Shown piece by piece: positions 59,078-64,000 of a stretch of 64,000 nt of DNA. Position 1 is the first letter of the stretch. Each line of letters begins with the position of its first letter. The position numbers and the translations under genes are program-made. The DNA lies in the NCBI GenBank assembly GCA_052327205.1, contig CM126209.1:183644001-183708000 (forward strand), in the 5' to 3' direction. The DNA comes from Somniosus microcephalus (lineage: Eukaryota). The notes below the pieces were generated by a model. That model searched no databases. It saw only the letters and a list, made by a program, of their open reading frames with translations, and was not told where the DNA came from.

Positions 59078-59954
59078 GGCTCTCCTCCAGGGAAGACGTG
59101 TCCCCTCCATTGCCATCCCCTGGCGCGGATGAGGGTTCCCCCGATGTGCCGCCTTCCTCTTGCTCCTCCTCGTCCTCCTCTTCCGAGGGACTGACACTCA
59201 CAGCTTCAGGGACCTCCTCCTCACCAGCTGAAAGCAGGAAGGCACAAGAGTAGCTTTAGAGTGAGGACAGGGCGTCAGTGAGGGAGGCATGAGTGGTGGC
59301 ATTCTGCGCATTGGTTGGACAGTGGCAAAGGATGTAGATCTGAAGCGCAAGGGGAATGAGAGAGGTCCAAACGGTCATGTCCTTACCATTGGGGCCCAGC
59401 ACAGGGTCGGCATCTCCAATTGCAACGGGGCCAATCACCCGGGCACCCATGACTCGGCCCACGCGCTCCTCCAGGTCACTGAGCTGCTGGAACTGGGCAC
59501 GGCCTCCCCCGGTGACAGTCCGGCTCTTCAGATTCTGGGCCAGCTTGACCTGCAAGAGAAAGGACGGCCTCTAAGTGCAGTGTGGTGCCCTGTTGTTGTG
59601 TGCACTGCCTCCCATGATCGAATAGCTTGGCCAGTGTGTCAAGTGCAGAAAGTGCAATTGATGTTCATGCCAGTGCCATAGCTGCTGGATGAGGAGGACA
59701 CTGGAAAGGGTACTCACCCTGACAATCCGAGTGAGGTCGTTAAACTTTTTCCGGCATTGGACACCAGTCCTGGGGACATCGCTGTTGGCTGTGACCCTCT
59801 GGGCGATTTCCCTCCAGGCTCTCCTGTACACCCTCTTGGGAGGCTTCTTGCCACTGTCCGGGAACAAGATATGGCTTCTCTTCTCCAAAGCCCTAACCAG
59901 CACCTTTAAATCATGGGCAGAGAAGCGCTGCGCTCGCTCACGGGCCCTCTGCAT
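58865..59954 (-). pseudogene. Harbinger Myb/SANT-like DNA-binding partner gene; exons 59954-59718, 59549-59387, 59227-; exon 3 cut by CR1
   Basis: RFSAHDLKVLV...AWREIA...RTGVQCRKKFNDL; GT-AG introns (GTGAGT/TTGCAG; GTAAGG/TTTCAG) keep frame into AGEEVPEAVSVSPSEEE. Confidence 0.85.
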
Positions 59955-60499
59955 CCTTTCTGGCGCTATTTCTCTCCAGCAGCAGTGTTTAGGCCTAGCT
60001 GGAGGGCTGCAGTATCCAGGGCGTGGCAGCAGACCAAGTCGACCCTTCCCCCTTTAAGAGCTGGCCGGCGCCAGGGTGTCTGCTGTCAATCAAAACATGA
60101 CTGCACATGCGCTGCGCCCGGCCTCGACGGTATCAGTCTGCACCGCCGGCTTAGCGCCTAAAGATAGCCGTGCAATGCCAGTTTTAGCGCTCGAGCGAAC
60201 TCCTTGGCCAAAGCTACTGAATATCGGCGAAGTGGCCTCCACTTTCCGGCGGGCGCAAACTTTAGCGGCCGCCCGACTTTACCGCCCCAAAGTGGCTATA
60301 CTGAATTTCTAGGCCTTTGTCTTTAAACTGTATGGCTCATATGGAATCAATTTCTGTTTTTACACTGCCTCTCCCCCTTTATTCAGTTGATTATTCACAT
60401 TTACATAAAAAAATTACTGGCTCTGTAATTCCACGCGGATTCGCGCAGTCCCTTGCCATCACACCAGCTGGAAATTGGCAAGATGCTTACGCTTTAAAA

Positions 60500-61520
60500 A
60501 AAATTCATTCCTGGGACGTGGGCGCCACCAGCAAGGCCAGCATTTATTGCCCATCGCTAATTGCCCTTGAGAAGGTGCTGGTGAGCCGCCTTCTTGAACC
60601 GCTGCAGTCCGTGTGGTGAAGGTACTCCCATAGTGCTGTTAGGGAGGGAGTTCCAGGATTTTGACCCAGTGACTATGAAGGAACGGTGATATATTTCCAA
60701 GTCAGGATGGTAAGTAACTTGGAGGGAAACTTGGTGGTGGTGTTCCCATGCGTCTGTTACCCTTGTCCTTCTAGGTGGTAGAGGTCACGCATTTGGGAGG
60801 TGCTGCTGAAGAAACCTTGACGAGTTGCTGCAGTGCATCTTGTAGATGGTACACACTGCAGCCACGGTACCTCGGTGGTGGAGGGAGTGAATGTTTAAGG
60901 TGGTGGATGGGGTGCCAATCAAGCAGGCTGCTTTGTCTTGGATGGTTATGAGCTTCTTGAGTGTTGTTGGAGCTGCACTCATCCAGGCAAGTGGAGAGTA
61001 TTCCATCACTCTCCTGACTTGTACCTTGTAGATGGTGGAAAGGCTTTGGGGAGTCTGGAAGTGAGACACTCACTGCAGAATTCCCAGCCTCTGACCTGCT
61101 CTTGTAGCCACAGTATTTATGTGGCTGGTCCAGTTAAGTTTGTGGTTAATGGTGACCCCCAGGATGTTATGTTGGGGGATTCCGCAATGGTAATGCCATT
61201 GAATGTCAAGGGTTGGTGGTTAGATGCTCTCTTGTTGGAGATAGTCATTGGCTTGCACTTGTGTCACACGAATGTTACTTGCCACTTATCAGCCCAAGCC
61301 TGAATGTCATCCAGGTCTTGCTGCATGTGGGCATGGAATACTTCATTATCTGAGGAGTTACGAATGGAACTGAACACTGTGCAATATGCCCACTTCTGAC
61401 CTTATGATTGTGGGAAGGTAATTGTTGAAGCAGCTGAAGATGGTTGGGCCCAGGACACTGCTCTAAGGAACTCCTGCAGCGATGTCCTGGGGCTGAGATG
61501 ATTGACCTATGACTCCAGCC
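60500..61520 (-). mobile_element. LINE 3' fragment (family of 21335-23520)
   Basis: STIYKVQVRRVMEYSPLAWMSAA; same 3' UTR. Confidence 0.85.
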
Positions 61521-62094
61521 AGTGGAGTGTCTTTCCCCTGATTCCAACTGACATCGCCTTGGGGGTTCCACCAGTCCCTCGCCAGTGTTACAGGGGGGGT
61601 GACAAGGAGAACACTCACAGATTTTCAGGGTCAATGCTTGGGCATGCATTAAGTCTCCACAGGGAGAATAGACCCAGGTCCAGGACATTTAGTTTAACTC
61701 ATGCCAGGGTGACCAGACTCAGTAAGGACCTGTATTTGCTACATGTAATTTTGTTCACTAGAACTGAGGGAGAGGGAAAAGTAACTCAAACTCTTTGCAC
61801 TTGAGTTCACCAGTTAGCATGCTTCAGTGAAGCTCATTGCAATCACAGTCGTTCCCCCAATGCCAGCACGCTCCCCCTGCCCAGGCACCCCCCCCCACAC
61901 AAACACAATTAACCTTTATGTTTGTTTTATCCTCTCTATTTACAAGCTCCCACAAATCCAGTGTAAGGTTCTGTCAAGTGATTTTCAGTTCACCCTATAA
62001 GCTCAGAAGACAAATCCAAAGGAAAGTAAGAAATTCCAGGCTGGTTTCGTACAAATATACATAGTAAATCTTGAGTTCTACTATAGCCAAGAAT

Positions 62095-62456
62095 TCACAG
62101 AATCACAGAATCACAGAAACCCCACAGTGCAGATAGAGGCCATTTCGGCCCATCGAGCCTGCACCGACACATATCCCACCCGATCCCCGTAACCCCTACA
62201 CCAACACATATCCCACCCTATCCCCGTAACCCCACGTATTTAATCCCCCTAACACTAAGGGTCAATTTATCATAGCCAATCAACCTAACCTGCACATCTT
62301 TGGACTGTGGGAGGAAACCGGAGCACCCGGAGTAAACCCACGCAAACACAGGGAGAATGTGCAAACTCCACACAGACAGTCGCCCGAGGCCAGATTCAAA
62401 CCCGGGTCCCTGGCGCTGTGAGGCAACAGTGCTAACCACTATGCCACCGTGCTGCC
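62095..62456 (-). mobile_element. tRNA-headed V-SINE (HE1-like) with CR1-type tail
   Basis: A box GTGGCATAGTGG, B-box-like GGTTTGAATC; V-domain TGTGTGGAGTTTGCACATTCTCC...GGTGCTCCGGTTTCCTCCCACAGTCCAAAGA; (TTCTGTGA)n tail. Confidence 0.85.
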
Positions 62457-63304
62457 ATCCTTCCATTAACCAACCTTCCCTCGCTTTTGTGGATCTCGAT
62501 GGCATGTGCCTGTAGCCCTTTAATGAAAGAGTTCCCATTTTCCTACCATTACAAGGGGAGTGCAGCACATTCCCCAATTTCACCTTTTCCTCAGTATCTT
62601 GGCCTCATTTGTTTAATGCATCTCCTTTATTTGAGCAACATCTGTATCCCCCCACCCCCCATTTTTTAAATTTAATCAGGTTTCTTGCACATTTTGTGGC
62701 TACAAATTTTCTTTGAGTTTTCTGGTAATCAACGAACAGCATTATCAATATTCTCAACCATGTGGAACATTGGGTAATTTATGCAGCAAGGCTTCCTTGC
62801 TTTAAATAATGATTATCAGGATTAGAAAAGTTGGGGTTGTACACATCAATGCTTTTTATACTGTGGATTCTGTACTTCTGAACTCTTCTCAAGCTAGAAA
62901 CAATCTTTTATGATAAACTTTCAATATACATATTCTGAACAAAATACTACAAAAAGAGGCACTTTGCCTGTAACAGATATGCAAAGATTAATGGTTGCAT
63001 AATAAAGGCTGCACTTGAATTCATTTTCATACAGAAGGAAATTATACTAAATGCACACTTTTTTAATTAAATGCAATTCTTTGATCTGCGCCAAGTTCAT
63101 AGAAACTATTTATTCATGATACATCCCAAACAACAGAAGCATGTGTCATGTTGCAAAGCAATTATTATGTAAGAATATTGCTAGGTAACAGCATTAGAAA
63201 CCAGAGAAGCTGTCGCAGGTTGGCTGATGCATGTTTCAGTTTGGTTGAAAGTAAATTTAAAAAAAATGATCTTTCTATTCCTCAAATGGACATCAAACAA
63301 GAAA

Positions 63305-63885
63305 TACGATAGTAAAATATTGCGGATGCTGGAAATCCAAAATAACATCAGAAAATGCTGGAAAAACTCAGCAGGCCAGGCAACATCCGTGGAGAGAGAA
63401 ACAAAGTCAACGTTTTGGGTCGAAACCCTTCTACAGAACTGAGAAAAAAAAGGCAGGAAATGAAACAGATTAAAAGGCAGTTTGGGGGCTGGGAAATGGG
63501 GAAGGGGATGAAAGAAGAGACATTAAGAAATATTCAAGGTGAGACGAGATAGTAATAGGACAGGTAAAGAAACAGACAATGGCTCTAGATGAAGTGTGAA
63601 ATGCGCTGGCAGAGTGAAAGACAGCTGCCACGTGGGAGAGAGAAAAAAAAAGGAAAAGGCACAAACCAAAAGTGTGGATAAAAGATATAAAAATATAATA
63701 GGGGCCGAGGTTATGATCTGAAATTGTTGAACTCGATATTGAGTCCGGAAGGCTGTTAAGTGCCTAATCGGAAGATGAGGTGCTGTCTCTTGAGTTTACG
63801 CTGAGCTTCCGTGGAACAATGCAAGAGGCCGCAGACGGTGAGATCTGAGCGGGAATGGAATGGTGAATTGAAATGACAGGCGACC
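63305..63885 (-). mobile_element. Penelope-like element 3' fragment (relative of 1565-3980)
   Basis: 63700-63885 is antisense to the GIY-YIG C-terminus (cf. 3474-3660); 63305-63660 is a diverged pseudo-LTR with a mutated hammerhead at 63405-63440. Confidence 0.85.
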
Positions 63886-64000
63886 AAGAAACAAGAAATG
63901 TCAGCTGAAAAGAAAATGTTGTATCAGTTTGGTGCTGAAAAGGACTGGTGGGATATGCATGAATGAATACAATACTCCACAATCTTAGTTGCTTTCTCTG

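Larger units (their letters stand above)
52819..60315. mobile_element. Two-gene PIF/Harbinger transposon (transposase + Myb/SANT gene, convergent), interrupted by CR1
   Basis: Perfect 16-bp TIR GGCCTAGAAATTCAGT (52819-52834; 60300-60315); 3-bp TTT duplication. Confidence 0.95.

Noticed and set aside
63405-63440. Functional hammerhead in the terminal PLE fragment
   Set aside because: Core reads CUGUAGA...AAAA, changing conserved catalytic-core positions; probably inactive

Overview
Gene-poor, repeat-saturated vertebrate DNA. The DeuSINE/SacSINE1-like and HE1/V-SINE-like SINEs, esterase-type CR1 LINEs and Harbinger MITE content point to a cartilaginous fish (shark); this is an inference. I recognise no host protein-coding gene. 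The window is a stack of nested transposons: (1) a Gypsy element (1-~10763) split in its integrase by a near full-length CR1 LINE (1497-9510), whose 3' UTR is in turn split by a young Neptune-type Penelope-like element with inverted pseudo-LTRs and minimal hammerhead ribozyme motifs; (2) a decayed Harbinger (~13.9-28.7 kb) holding a two-LTR Gypsy element and several LINEs; (3) further Harbinger copies and MITEs, pogo-like MITEs, a long foldback element, a probable solo LTR and a non-autonomous Helitron; (4) a well-preserved two-gene Harbinger (52819-60315) interrupted by a second CR1 of the same family. The most interesting observation is the 5' architecture of the two related CR1s. One ends in 18 tandem 68-bp monomers, each carrying a TATA box, an initiator-like site at canonical spacing and a 5' splice donor. 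The other has an unrelated 5' UTR in which a 46-bp terminal repeat begins 32 nt downstream of an internal TATA box. In both, the element's 5' end falls at or near the TATA-predicted start site, which suggests a tandem TATA-promoter relay for LINE 5'-end maintenance. All calls are by eye, without database searches.
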